From an uncultured Clostridia bacterium (GTDB lineage Bacteria; Bacillota; Clostridia; TANB77; CAG-508): DNA of 58,766 nucleotides. Under the pieces are notes generated by a model. That model was not told where the DNA came from, did no database searches, and saw only the letters and a program-made list of their open reading frames with translations. Below, piece after piece: positions 20,136-30,688 of the stretch; the stretch's first letter is position 1, and each line of letters opens with the position of its first letter. Location: positions 1 through 58,766 of the forward strand of contig CANQCT010000003.1 in NCBI GenBank assembly GCA_947589835.1, read 5' to 3'. Both the position numbers and the translations under genes were made by a program.

Positions 20136-20705
20136 TTAGGGATTTTCGCTATCATTCTTTTTCTTTTTAATAGATTTAAAGTGCAAAATAATACATATAA
20201 CGAAAAGAAAAAGAGCTATTGAATCGGCAATCGCAAAAGATGCAGCTGCAATTTGACTTTTAATATACTTTGAATAGTCTTCATCACTAGAAAAATCTGG
20301 ATTTCTAGAAATAATATGAAAATCGCTTGATAATTTTAAAGTCATATTAACTCTAGAAGGAGAAATAAATGAATTAGTTTTGTTCGTAACTGAATAAGTA
20401 ATTATAATATTACCATTCTGTTCCTTTTTGTCATAGTCATCAATTTTAGCTGCCACTTCTTTGTTAATTCCAACTCCTTCTATTACTAAATTATCAGCTA
20501 TTTCATTTAACTGCTTATAGGCATCTTCTGGGTAAACGTCGAGCTTGTATTCATGCATAGACACAGTTAAAGCAATGTAAGTGATGGCAAAAATAGTAGC
20601 TATACCAATTATTATTGCCAACAAAATTTTAACAACGCTTGTGGTAAAAAAATTGAAATAGTCGCAAAAATACCGCTTTTCTTCCTTTTCTACTTTCTCT
20701 TTCAT
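20136..20705 (-). CDS. Hypothetical membrane protein (2 TM)
   Basis: 189 aa, SD AGGAGG, hydrophobic segments at both ends; in-frame CGG at codon 11. Confidence 0.7.
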   Translation of the reverse strand: MKEKVEKEEKRYFCDYFNFFTTSVVKILLAIIIGIATIFAITYIALTVSMHEYKLDVYPEDAYKQLNEIADNLVIEGVGINKEVAAKIDDYDKKEQNGNIIITYSVTNKTNSFISPSRVNMTLKLSSDFHIISRNPDFSSDEDYSKYIKSQIAAASFAIADSIALFLFVICIILHFKSIKKKKNDSENP

Positions 20706-20992
20706 AAAATTAAGCCTCCTTAAAATAATAATTTTACAAATGTAGTATATATAAAACCTGAAAAACAGGAGTAAAAAAGGTTAAATGTTAGCATAAGCCA
20801 ACACAATTAACATAATTATAACAGAAAATTACACAAAAAACAACAAACTTTTGCAAACTATTGAAAAAAAAATTCAACTATGATATAAATTAAATGGAAA
20901 AAGTATATATGAAAATAAATAAACATAAAAAAAGTTAGCAAAATTTACTTAAAAAATAAATAAAAAAGAAGGATATTTTTTAGAAAATAAAT

Positions 20993-22018
20993 ATGAAAAA
21001 TATAAAAGAATATAATTTGGAAGAATTAAAGCAAGAACTTATTTCCCTAGGAGAAAAGCCATATAGGGCAGAACAAATATGGAACTGGCTATACAAAGAA
21101 AAAGTTAAAGAAATAGATGATATGACAAATATTTCTTTAGAACTAAGGGAAAAGTTAAAACAAAATTATACTATGTGCAATTTTAAAATATTAAAAAAGC
21201 AAGAATCATCAGATGGAACAAAAAAATATTTATTTGATGTATTAGACGGAAATGCCATTGAAACAGTATTAATGCAGTATCATCATGGAAAAACAATTTG
21301 TGTTTCTTCACAAATAGGGTGTAAAATGGGGTGCAAATTCTGTGCATCTACAGGAATTGCATTTGTTAGAAATTTAACGGCAGGAGAAATTGTAGAACAA
21401 ATATTAGCAGTAGAACAAGATATAGGCGAAAGCATTTCTAACATTGTTTTTATGGGAATAGGAGAGCCATTTGATAATTATAACAATGTTATGAAAGCAA
21501 TTCGAATTTTAAATAATCCAAAGGGTTTAAATATTGGTGCAAGGCATATAAGTGTTTCTACATCTGGCGTAGTACCTAAAATTTATGACTTTGCAAATGA
21601 AGACTTGCAATGCACATTATCTATTTCACTTCACGCAACGAACAATGAAAAAAGAAGTAAAATGATGCCAGTAAATAATGCATACCCAATAGAAGAACTT
21701 ATGAAAGCATGTAAACATTACATTGCAAAAACAAATAAAAGAATTTCTTTTGAATACGCATTAGCAAAAGACAACAACGATAACTTAGAAGATGCAAAAG
21801 CATTAGTAAACTTGTTAAAAGGAATGATTTGCCATGTAAATTTAATTCCTATTAACAAAATAGAAAATGGAAGCTTTGTAAAAAGTAGTAATGAAAACAT
21901 TATTAAATTTAGAGATTACTTAAATGATCATGGAATTGTAGCAACAATTAGAAGAGAACTAGGAAGCGATATAGAAGCAGCCTGTGGACAACTTAGAAGG
22001 AAAAATTTAAAAGATTAA
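20993..22018 (+). CDS. rlmN: Dual-specificity RNA methyltransferase (radical SAM)
   Basis: CVSSQIGCKMGCKFCAS, MGIGEP, DIEAACGQL. Confidence 0.96.
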   Translation: MKNIKEYNLEELKQELISLGEKPYRAEQIWNWLYKEKVKEIDDMTNISLELREKLKQNYTMCNFKILKKQESSDGTKKYLFDVLDGNAIETVLMQYHHGKTICVSSQIGCKMGCKFCASTGIAFVRNLTAGEIVEQILAVEQDIGESISNIVFMGIGEPFDNYNNVMKAIRILNNPKGLNIGARHISVSTSGVVPKIYDFANEDLQCTLSISLHATNNEKRSKMMPVNNAYPIEELMKACKHYIAKTNKRISFEYALAKDNNDNLEDAKALVNLLKGMICHVNLIPINKIENGSFVKSSNENIIKFRDYLNDHGIVATIRRELGSDIEAACGQLRRKNLKD

Positions 22019-22127
22019 AAGCTTATAAAATAAATTTTGAAGTATAATATGAAGTCATAATGCAAAAATATTTAATAGAATTGAAATAAAAAATAGTTAA
22101 AATAAATAAAATAGGAGGAAATTGTGA

Positions 22128-22853
22128 ATGAGAGGTTTTGCTAAAACAGATATTGGCAAAGCAAGAGAAATGAACCAAGATTATTACTATGTTTCAAGTC
22201 CAGAAAGTAATGTGCAACTATATATTTTAGCAGATGGAATGGGTGGCTATAACGGAGGAGATGTTGCAAGCAAACTTGCAGTAGAAACTGTAAAAAATTA
22301 CATAGAAAATAATTTTAACAAAATAGAACCACAAAAAGAGCAAATATTACAATTAGTAAAAAGTGCAGCAGAGTATGCAAACACTGCAGTTTATGAAAAA
22401 TCAAAAACATCAGAAGATTTACAAGGAATGGGTACTACTTTAGATATTTGTCTCATATATAATAATAAAGTATATATTGGACACGTTGGAGATAGTAGAA
22501 TATATCTTATTAGAAAAGACATAATTCGTAAGCTAACCAAAGATCATAGTTATGTACAAAAGTTACTTGAAGATGGGAAAATAACACGTGAAGAAGCAAA
22601 TCATCATCCTAAAAAGAATATGTTAATAAAAGCACTTGGCTGTACAGAATATGTAGAGCCAGATATTAGAGCAAGAAATATTGAAAAACAAGATATTTTA
22701 TTAATGTGCTCAGATGGTTTAACAAATATGGTGGAAGAAAGTGTTATTTACAAATTGGTAAAAGAAAATCCACAAACAGCACCAGAAAAACTGGTGGATT
22801 TAGCAAATGAAGCTGGGGGATATGACAATATAACTGTTATAACAATAATATAG
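22128..22853 (+). CDS. PP2C-type Ser/Thr phosphatase (Stp1/PrpC)
   Basis: NQD, LADGMGG, GMGTT, HVGDSR, CSDGL, GGYDNIT. Confidence 0.93.
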   Translation: MRGFAKTDIGKAREMNQDYYYVSSPESNVQLYILADGMGGYNGGDVASKLAVETVKNYIENNFNKIEPQKEQILQLVKSAAEYANTAVYEKSKTSEDLQGMGTTLDICLIYNNKVYIGHVGDSRIYLIRKDIIRKLTKDHSYVQKLLEDGKITREEANHHPKKNMLIKALGCTEYVEPDIRARNIEKQDILLMCSDGLTNMVEESVIYKLVKENPQTAPEKLVDLANEAGGYDNITVITII

Positions 22854-22866
22854 GGGAGATAAATAT

Positions 22867-24837
22867 ATGAATATAGTAGGTAAAGTAATAGGGAATAGAT
22901 ATGAAATATTAGAAAAAATTGGAGAAGGTGGAATGGCAACTGTTTATAGGGCAAAAGATAATGTTCTTAAAAGATATGTTGCTGTAAAAGTATTAAGAGA
23001 TGAATTTATAACAGATGAAGAATTTATTAGAAGATTTAATACAGAAGCACAATCGGCAGCAAGCCTTACACATCCTAACATAGTTTCTATTTTTGATGTA
23101 GGGCATGAAGAAAACATATATTATATAGTTATGGAGCTAGTACAAGGAAAAACTTTAAAAGAAATAATAAACGAAGATGGAGTGCTACCTTGGAAATGGT
23201 CTGTAAACATTGCAATACAAGTAGCATCAGCCTTAGAAACAGCACACAAAAACAATATTATTCATAGAGATATAAAACCACATAACATTATAATTACAGA
23301 AGATGGAATTGCTAAAGTAACAGATTTTGGAATAGCAAAGGCAGTTTCAAATTCTACTATTACAGCATTTGGAACAACAATTGGTTCTGTTCATTACTTT
23401 TCACCAGAGCATGCACGTGGTGGATTTACAGATGCAAAATCAGATATTTACTCTTTAGGAGTAGTTATGTATGAAATGCTAACAGGCAGAGTTCCATTTG
23501 ATGCAGATACTCCAGTATCAATTGCACTAAAACATATGCAAGAAAAGCCTGTAGAACCAATAAAATTAAATCCTTCAATACCATATTCAATTAATAAAAT
23601 TATTATGAAAGCAATGGAAAAAGATATTAGCTTAAGATATCAAAATGCAACAGAGCTATTAAAAGATTTAAGTATGGCACTAAAAAATCCAGAAGGAAAC
23701 TTTGTTAAAAGTAATGCAGAAAGTATGCAATATACTCAAAGAGTTCCAACCATAGGAGATGAAGTAAATATGGAAAGTGATGATAAAAAAGAATATAAAG
23801 AAAAAACAGGTGGGCATGTTTCAAAACATCCAAAAGCTAAAAAAATATGGATAACAGTTATTATAGTTTGCATTATTGCATTAATTCCTGTTATAGGGTT
23901 TTTTGGAACACAGCTACTTTTAGAGGCAGGCCAACCAAAGGATGTAAACTTGCCAAACTTAGTAGGCAAAACATTAAATGAAGCAAAAGCATTACTAAGC
24001 AATACACAAATAACTATTGAAACAGAAGAAGAATACAACGAAGAAGTTGAAGAAGGTCAAATCTTTTATCAAGAGCCTCCATATATAGAAGGATACCAAG
24101 TAAAAGAAAATAGTAGCATTAAAGTAAAAATTAGCAAAGGTACCGAAATGGTAACAATGAAAAAAGTAGTTGGTATGAAATTTGAAGAAGCAGAAGCACT
24201 AATAGAAAATGAACTACACTTAAAAATAGAGAAAAAAGAAGAAACAAGCAAAACAGTAGAAGCAGGTGTTGTAATAAAACAAACTCCAGAAGAAGGAGAA
24301 GAAGTAAAAGTTGGCTCCACAGTAGAAGTTACTGTAAGCACAGGTACAGGAATAAAACAATTATCAGTACCTTATGTAATAGGAGATACAGAAGCAGATG
24401 CTAAGAAAAAGCTTCAAGGCTTAGATGTAACTATTGTTTATGAAGAAGATACAACAAAAGTAGATGGAAGAGTATTAAAACAAAGCATAGAAGCAGGAAC
24501 AACAGTTGATGAAAAAACAAAAATTAATATTACAGTAAATAGAATAGAAGCTATTAAAACAGGAATTATTAACTTAAACTTAAAATCATTATTAGGAGCT
24601 AATGCACAAATAGATGTAGATGAAGAAGGAAATGAAATAAATCCAACAGTAGGATTAAAAATAACAGTAAATGATGAAGTAGTATATTCTTCTACTCATC
24701 GTAAAGATGAAACAAATATTACAGCAAATGTTTCAGGAAAAGGAACTGTTACAATTAAAATCTTAGTAGATGATGTAAGAATAGATATGAAACAATTTGA
24801 CTTAAGTGTAGAAAATCCAGTACTTACTATTGATTAA
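22867..24837 (+). CDS. prkC: PASTA-domain Ser/Thr kinase (PrkC/PknB)
   Basis: GEGGMATVY, HRDIKPHN, DFGIA, TM helix, three PASTA-like repeats. Confidence 0.93.
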   Translation: MNIVGKVIGNRYEILEKIGEGGMATVYRAKDNVLKRYVAVKVLRDEFITDEEFIRRFNTEAQSAASLTHPNIVSIFDVGHEENIYYIVMELVQGKTLKEIINEDGVLPWKWSVNIAIQVASALETAHKNNIIHRDIKPHNIIITEDGIAKVTDFGIAKAVSNSTITAFGTTIGSVHYFSPEHARGGFTDAKSDIYSLGVVMYEMLTGRVPFDADTPVSIALKHMQEKPVEPIKLNPSIPYSINKIIMKAMEKDISLRYQNATELLKDLSMALKNPEGNFVKSNAESMQYTQRVPTIGDEVNMESDDKKEYKEKTGGHVSKHPKAKKIWITVIIVCIIALIPVIGFFGTQLLLEAGQPKDVNLPNLVGKTLNEAKALLSNTQITIETEEEYNEEVEEGQIFYQEPPYIEGYQVKENSSIKVKISKGTEMVTMKKVVGMKFEEAEALIENELHLKIEKKEETSKTVEAGVVIKQTPEEGEEVKVGSTVEVTVSTGTGIKQLSVPYVIGDTEADAKKKLQGLDVTIVYEEDTTKVDGRVLKQSIEAGTTVDEKTKINITVNRIEAIKTGIINLNLKSLLGANAQIDVDEEGNEINPTVGLKITVNDEVVYSSTHRKDETNITANVSGKGTVTIKILVDDVRIDMKQFDLSVENPVLTID

Positions 24838-24990
24838 GTCTATGACTAACAGCTTTAAAATTATCCGCCACGCGCTAAACGTACGATATATGTTTTTTAT
24901 TATCTAAAACACAAAAAAATATATAATCGTGAAGCAAGTGGCTACTCTAAAAATCTTATTATATAAGACATTAATAAAAGGAGCCCCAAA

Positions 24991-25875
24991 ATGCCAAATG
25001 GAATAATTATTTCTGCAAGTTCTAACTTATATCAAATAGAAGTAGAAAATAAAATATATAATTGCACTGCTAGAGGAAAGTTCAAAAAAGAAGGAACTAG
25101 TCCTCTAGTAGGAGATAAAGTAGAAATCACAATATCAAATGAAGAAAAAAATGAGGGAGTTATTGAACAAATATTGCCTAGATATAACGAAATAAAACGC
25201 CCTAAAATGGCAAATTTAACTGAGCTAATTTTAGTTGTTTCAATGAAAATGCCGTCACCTGATTTATTATTATTAGATAAAGAGCTAGCCTTTGCAAAAT
25301 GGCTTAATATAAATACAGTAATTTGCTTTAATAAAATAGATTTATCAGAGCAAGAAGAAGTAAAAAAACTAAGTGAAATATATAAAAATATAGGATATAC
25401 TGTAATAGAAGCAAATGCCAAAAGTGAAGAGCAAGTAGAAAAAATAAAACCATTTTTAAAAAATAACATTACTGCATTTGCCGGAAATTCAGGGGTAGGA
25501 AAATCAACATTAACAAATAGCATTTTTAAAACTGAATTAACAGCAGAAGGTATTATTAGTAACAAAAACAAAAAAGGAAAAAACACAACTACAACTGTAA
25601 CATTATATAAATATGATAATAACTCATATATTGCAGATACTCCGGGCTTTTCTACTTTAGAATTAACCGAAATTTCATCAAGTGAATTAGATAAATACTT
25701 TATAGAATTTTTACCATATTTAAATAAATGTGAATTTGGTGGATGTAGCCATATTAAAGAAGAAAAATGCGGAGTAAAAGAAGCTTTGCAAAATGGAAAA
25801 ATATCATTACAAAGATACCAAAATTATCAAAAAATATATGAAGAATTAAAAGAAAGGGAGAAAAATAAATGGTAG
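24991..25875 (+). CDS. rsgA: Ribosome small subunit-dependent GTPase A
   Basis: Circularly permuted GTPase NKID, GNSGVGKS, DTPG; C-terminal CxxxxCxH...C. Confidence 0.95.
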   Translation: MPNGIIISASSNLYQIEVENKIYNCTARGKFKKEGTSPLVGDKVEITISNEEKNEGVIEQILPRYNEIKRPKMANLTELILVVSMKMPSPDLLLLDKELAFAKWLNINTVICFNKIDLSEQEEVKKLSEIYKNIGYTVIEANAKSEEQVEKIKPFLKNNITAFAGNSGVGKSTLTNSIFKTELTAEGIISNKNKKGKNTTTTVTLYKYDNNSYIADTPGFSTLELTEISSSELDKYFIEFLPYLNKCEFGGCSHIKEEKCGVKEALQNGKISLQRYQNYQKIYEELKEREKNKW

Positions 25876-26528
25876 AAGTGTCAGCATCTATTTTAAGTAT
25901 GAAAAATGAAAATGCAATTAAAACTTTATACAATTTAGAAACTTCAGGAATAGATTATTTTCATATAGATGTTATGGACGGAAAATTTGTTAGCGCTGAT
26001 ACTACTAGTAAAATGCTAGAATACTGTGAATATTTAAATAGTATTTCAAATTTGCCATTAGATGTTCACCTAATGGTAGAAGATGCAAAAAGCTATATAA
26101 GTAGCTTTTTGGTATTTGAGCCAAATATAATTACTGTTCATTTAGAAGCTGCAAAAAGTAAACAAGAACTATTAGAATGGATAAATTATATTAAAGAAAA
26201 GAATGTAAGAGTAGGAATTTCCATTAAGCCAAACACTAAAATAGATGAAATACTAGAATACTTACCATTTATACATATAGTTTTAGTAATGACAGTAGAG
26301 CCAGGAAAAGGTGGACAAGAGTTAATTCCAAGTACAATACAAAAAATTAAAGAATTAAGTAATTATATTAAGCAAAATAATTTAGAAGTAGATATTGAAG
26401 CAGATGGAGGAATTAATGAGGAAAATGTAGCAATGTTAAGAGATGCTGGAGTTAATATTATAGTAGCAGGCAGTAGCATTACAAACTCAAACAACTTTAA
26501 AGAAACTGTAACAAAGTTAAAAATATAA
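25869..26528 (+). CDS. rpe: Ribulose-phosphate 3-epimerase
   Basis: HIDVMDG, DVHLMV, MTVEPG, DGGIN; synteny after rsgA. Confidence 0.95.
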   Translation: MVEVSASILSMKNENAIKTLYNLETSGIDYFHIDVMDGKFVSADTTSKMLEYCEYLNSISNLPLDVHLMVEDAKSYISSFLVFEPNIITVHLEAAKSKQELLEWINYIKEKNVRVGISIKPNTKIDEILEYLPFIHIVLVMTVEPGKGGQELIPSTIQKIKELSNYIKQNNLEVDIEADGGINEENVAMLRDAGVNIIVAGSSITNSNNFKETVTKLKI

Positions 26529-26577
26529 ATTATTTGTTAGCAGTTTAGCTACCAACAAATAATTTATAAGTTAAAAT

Positions 26578-26608
26578 AAAAAATCGTTTGCTTTGCAAAC
26601 GATTTTTT
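26578..26608. terminator. Bidirectional terminator
   Basis: AAAAAATCGTTTGC/GCAAACGATTTTTT. Confidence 0.75.
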
Positions 26609-26615
26609 AAAAAGC

Positions 26616-27743
26616 TTATTTTGTAGTTTCAGTAGCTTCAACATTTTCTACTTTTTTCTTTGAAAACAAAGCAAAAAGTATAAGTCCATAACCGAAAACA
26701 ATTGTAAAAATTGAAATCCACGAGCCTACATAAGGTATTAATTGTAATAACCATATAACAGCAACTGTAGCATAACATAATAAAATAGTTTTCATCTTTG
26801 TTTTACTCTTTAACTTATTAGCCAAATAATTTCCAACTGCAATTCCTAAAATAGAAATTGTAATAGATAGCATTAAAACATATATAGCAAGTAATGCAAT
26901 ACCTAAATATAAAAATAATCCTGCTGCAAGTACTATAACAGAAATAATAGGAACTAAAACCACGCCTAAAATTCCAACAGTTGCAGTAGCAAATGACCTT
27001 TTACTTAAACAGTAAGTTAATTTATCTGCTGCTTTAGGTATTAAATTAATAATTAAAGCAATAACAACAGCTGAGTATGCAAAAACGTTAATAAATGAAA
27101 GCACATACATTTTAACAATTTCGCTTGCAGATAGTTGCTCATTTTTTACCTCAGTAAATTTAACTTCACCTTTAACAGCATTTTCAGGAATGCTTGCTTG
27201 ATTATTAGATGTATAATGCAAATTACCTTTAATTAAATCCTGGCCATCCTCTTTAAAATTAAGGTTAGCTGCTGAAATATACGCATCTTTTACAATATTT
27301 CCACCTATGTAGCAATTATTTGTATAAAGCTTTAAATCTCTGTAAATATTACCTTTTTCATCTAGTTTAAAATTTTGAGCAAGTCCGTAAATATCAACAG
27401 TTTTTCCCTTTACAGTAAAATCAGTTGCATAAGCAAAAACATTTCCATCAATTATTGCAGAATTTTCTATTGTTAAAGTATTTGCTAAAACAAACAAATC
27501 TCCAATAATTTCACCTTTAATTGAAACATTTTGACCATAAACAAAAACATTACCATCAACTGCATTATCAATAACAACATTGGTGTCAGCTAAGTATAAA
27601 TCTGTATTAACAATAGAAAGCTGAGGACTGCTGCTTTGGTTTCCTTCTTGCGTAGTATTTGATGTACTAGTTGCCATACAAACTGAAGAAAAACATAAAA
27701 ATAATATAAAACATAAGCATAAAATTTTTCTTAAATTTAGCAT
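26616..27743 (-). CDS. Membrane protein with bactofilin-like beta-helix repeats
   Basis: Signal peptide, repeated VDGNVF/IIGDLF/IDGNVF units, C-terminal multi-TM domain. Confidence 0.7.
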   Translation of the reverse strand: MLNLRKILCLCFILFLCFSSVCMATSTSNTTQEGNQSSSPQLSIVNTDLYLADTNVVIDNAVDGNVFVYGQNVSIKGEIIGDLFVLANTLTIENSAIIDGNVFAYATDFTVKGKTVDIYGLAQNFKLDEKGNIYRDLKLYTNNCYIGGNIVKDAYISAANLNFKEDGQDLIKGNLHYTSNNQASIPENAVKGEVKFTEVKNEQLSASEIVKMYVLSFINVFAYSAVVIALIINLIPKAADKLTYCLSKRSFATATVGILGVVLVPIISVIVLAAGLFLYLGIALLAIYVLMLSITISILGIAVGNYLANKLKSKTKMKTILLCYATVAVIWLLQLIPYVGSWISIFTIVFGYGLILFALFSKKKVENVEATETTK

Positions 27744-27910
27744 AAAAAAAACCTCCTTTATAAGTATATAATATATATCTTATACGGGAGAAAGTCAAGA
27801 ATATGCATTAAATAACAGAAAATAAAGATTAAATTTTTCAATTTTGCTAATAATAGATTAAATAAGTTTCTAAGACAATACTAATATATAATAGTTGTAG
27901 TTATATTAAA

Positions 27911-28024
27911 GCTTAAATAGTACTAGTTTTCTTGTTTTTCAAATTGCCCGTTGCAGGAGTAAATTCAAAGAAGAAATGTCAGAACGGGACCTCTCAAAAC
28001 TGCGAAAAATAGTACTATTTAAGC
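27911..28024. repeat. Repeat family A, filled copy
   Basis: GCTTAAATAGTACT-core-AGTACTATTTAAGC. Confidence 0.9.
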
Positions 28025-28073
28025 TATATAAAATGATGTTGTAATCTAAAAAAGTTTTTTAAATAACAGCTAT

Positions 28074-28232
28074 TTAATTGTCTTTGTATTGTTTAAGTTT
28101 AGGTGCACTTGCTTCAACAAAATACGCACAAGAAGAATTTTTGGTATTTATCTTATGACTGCTTATATTTTCAAAAGAACACTTACCATCTTTTTGATAA
28201 ATACAATTTTCTAAACAATTAATATTTGTCAA
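28074..28232 (-). CDS. 52-aa four-Cys small protein (not in ORF track)
   Basis: SD GAGGTG, TTG start, MTNINCLENCIYQKDGKCSFENISSHKINTKNSSCAYFVEASAPKLKQYKDN*. Confidence 0.65.
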   Translation of the reverse strand: MTNINCLENCIYQKDGKCSFENISSHKINTKNSSCAYFVEASAPKLKQYKDN

Positions 28233-28322
28233 AACAATCACCTCAATTATGTAGTATGTAATAAAAATAAAAAAATATACATTTTTATATAATATAGTTT
28301 AAAACTATGCACTAAAAAATAT

Positions 28323-28952
28323 TTACTTTAAATTTCTTTCGCAAATTTCAAAAATAGGGCAATTACTACATTTAGGGTTTCTAGCAGTACAAGTACTTCT
28401 ACCATGATAAATTAATACATGATTTACATCTTTATAATATTCTTTTGGAAGAGCTTTTAATAAGTCTTGTTCAATTTTTTCTGGTTCAGATTGCTTAGAA
28501 AAACCAATTCTATTTGAAATTCTTTTTACATGTGTATCAACTGCAATTCCTTGAGGATTATCAAAAGCTTCAAGCATAATAACATTAGCACTTTTTCTAC
28601 CAACTCCGGGAATAGTAATTAATTCTTCCATAGTATGCGGAACTTCACCATTAAAATCATTTAAAAGCTTTTGACTTGCAAGCTTCATATTTTTAGCTTT
28701 ATTTTTGTAAAAACCGCAAGGGTGCACAAGTTTTTCTAATTCTTCTATTGGAGCATTTGCCATTTTTTCAGGAGTATTGTATTTAGCAAAAATGCTTGGT
28801 GTAGTTAAATTAACTCTTTCATCTGTGCATTGAGCAGAAAGCATTACAGCAATCATCATTTCAAAAGGCGTTTTAAAATCTAAACTGCATTTAGCTTCTG
28901 GGTAAGCTTTTATTAATTTTTTAATAATTTCTATTGATATATCCTTTTTCAT
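28323..28952 (-). CDS. nth: Endonuclease III
   Basis: LSAQCTD, HhH IPGVGRKSAN, AVDTHV, C-terminal 4Fe-4S Cys cluster. Confidence 0.96.
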   Translation of the reverse strand: MKKDISIEIIKKLIKAYPEAKCSLDFKTPFEMMIAVMLSAQCTDERVNLTTPSIFAKYNTPEKMANAPIEELEKLVHPCGFYKNKAKNMKLASQKLLNDFNGEVPHTMEELITIPGVGRKSANVIMLEAFDNPQGIAVDTHVKRISNRIGFSKQSEPEKIEQDLLKALPKEYYKDVNHVLIYHGRSTCTARNPKCSNCPIFEICERNLK

Positions 28953-29089
28953 AATTATAAAAATCCTTCCTAATTATGTATTTGTATAATAATTGTTTAA
29001 TATTATTAAAACACAAAAATCTACATTATTCAACAAAAATGTAAAACAAAAAAACAAACCCCAGAAAAACTGGGGCTTGAAAGAACTTT

Positions 29090-29362
29090 TTACAGTTCTT
29101 TTTCTTTCTTAGCTTGAACTAACGAGCTAAGGAAGGAGCAAATCGCGAAGCCAGAGACGATGAAGTAAAAGCTTGCCATGAGTATTTTGCCCGATTTTGT
29201 GTCCTGGTCTTCGTTTAGGATTTTAATCCAACGAAGGTAGAATGGTATTTCACTTCCGTCATCGTCGTTGTTATCACCAGTGATGGCGAAAAGAACACCA
29301 TTCATAAAGATAACAAATGAGGCAAGCAGGATACCAATGACCAATAATGAAGCTGTTAACAT
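29090..29362 (-). CDS. Small hypothetical membrane protein (2 TM)
   Basis: SD AAGGAGG, two hydrophobic segments, codon usage unlike core genes, downstream hairpin CCCCAG..CTGGGG. Confidence 0.65.
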   Translation of the reverse strand: MLTASLLVIGILLASFVIFMNGVLFAITGDNNDDDGSEIPFYLRWIKILNEDQDTKSGKILMASFYFIVSGFAICSFLSSLVQAKKEKEL

Positions 29363-29595
29363 GAGATTTCCTCCTTAAATATTTAGTATACAATAATTAT
29401 ATCATATATTTAGCTAAAAATCAAAAAAAGAAAAACATAAAGTGGTAACAAATAAGAAAAAAAATAATATAATATAAAAGAAATCGTTTAATAAGTAATA
29501 ATTGTAACTTATAATAAAAAGAAGAATATAGCTGAATTTCTTATATAAAAATAAAAAAATTATATAAATAAAAAAAGATAGGGGGAAATAGAAAA

Positions 29596-29748
29596 ATGTT
29601 AGGAGCTTTAAAAAAGACTATTGGTGTGTGTTTAATTGGATTAGGACTTGGTATATTACTTGTATTATTACTTCCTCTATCTGGTTGGCTATTTGCTATT
29701 GGAGTAACAATTATTATAGTTGGACTTATGTGGCTATCTTGCAAATAA
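29596..29748 (+). CDS. 50-aa two-helix membrane peptide (not in ORF track)
   Basis: SD AGGGGG; MLGALKKTIGVCLIGLGLGILLVLLLPLSGWLFAIGVTIIIVGLMWLSCK*. Confidence 0.7.
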   Translation: MLGALKKTIGVCLIGLGLGILLVLLLPLSGWLFAIGVTIIIVGLMWLSCK

Positions 29749-29846
29749 TATAGTTAGACTTATATGAGTATTTTACAAATAATATAACTAAACTTATGTT
29801 GCTATTTTTTGCAAGTAAGAAATAAACAAAAGGGAGTGAAGAAAAT

Positions 29847-29924
29847 ATGACAATTGTTGTAAAAAAAGTTCCAAAATGTTTACGAGGTATTGTGAAATTA
29901 TTATTTGGAATTAAAGACAAATGA
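29847..29924 (+). CDS. spoVM: SpoVM-like amphipathic sporulation peptide (not in ORF track)
   Basis: MTIVVKKVPKCLRGIVKLLFGIKDK*, Pro at position 9, SD AGGGAG, convergent with rpmB as in Bacillus subtilis. Confidence 0.75.
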   Translation: MTIVVKKVPKCLRGIVKLLFGIKDK

Positions 29925-30135
29925 TACATAGGTGTAAAAACAAAGTAAGGCTAAAAAATAGAAAAAAACTTTTTTTACTTAAGCTCACCTCTTAATGAGC
30001 CTGTGTGTCTATTAATGTGTGGTTATAACACAAAAAAGGCTATTTATTTAATAGCCTTAATTTTATATTTATCAAATATAATAATTTGTGAGTGACAAAG
30101 TCACTAATTTAAATTATTTATAGTTTTTAAAATTA

Positions 30136-30333
30136 TTAAGCTCTAACTACTTTACCAGAACGTAAGCATTTTGCACATGCATGAATTGTTTTAGTTTCAC
30201 CATTTACAATTGCTTTTACTCTTCTTAAATTTGCTTTAAAAGTTCTAGTACTTCTTCTACTAACATGAGAACGAGCAATACTAATTTTATTTCCATAAGA
30301 TAATGATTTTCCGCAAATATCACATTTTGCCAT
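30136..30333 (-). CDS. rpmB: 50S ribosomal protein L28
   Basis: MAKCDICGK...RTFKANL...CAKCLRSGKV. Confidence 0.95.
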   Translation of the reverse strand: MAKCDICGKSLSYGNKISIARSHVSRRSTRTFKANLRRVKAIVNGETKTIHACAKCLRSGKVVRA

Positions 30334-30455
30334 TGTGATGCACCTCCTATATGCAAAATCTAAAATTGACTATTTATAAATATAACACAAATTTACAAAA
30401 AAAACAATACTTTTTTAAAAATATTTATTATCCCGTTATTAGTTATGGCTAACTC

Positions 30456-30573
30456 GCTTAGAAATAGTACTAGTTTTCTTGTTTTTCAAATTGCCCGTTG
30501 CAGTAGTAGGCTCAAAGAAGAATATTCAGAACGGGACCTCTCAAAACTGCGAAAAATAGTACTATTTCTAAGC
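30456..30573. repeat. Repeat family A, filled copy
   Basis: GCTTAGAAATAGTACT-core-AGTACTATTTCTAAGC. Confidence 0.9.
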
Positions 30574-30688
30574 TTTAATGTAATTATAACTATTAACTTA
30601 TAACATTATACTTGCAATTTATTTTTTTTGTGATACAATAAGTTAGAAAAAATATAGAATATATGTTTTGTATAAAAAGGAGAAAAAA

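Noticed and set aside
24862-24945. Imperfect hairpin between prkC and rsgA (also 33555-33605 and 406-450) as ncRNAs
   Set aside because: Single copies with no recognisable motif or covariation support in this window.
29541-29929. Two minus-strand track ORFs
   Set aside because: Antisense shadows of the plus-strand 50-aa peptide and spoVM.
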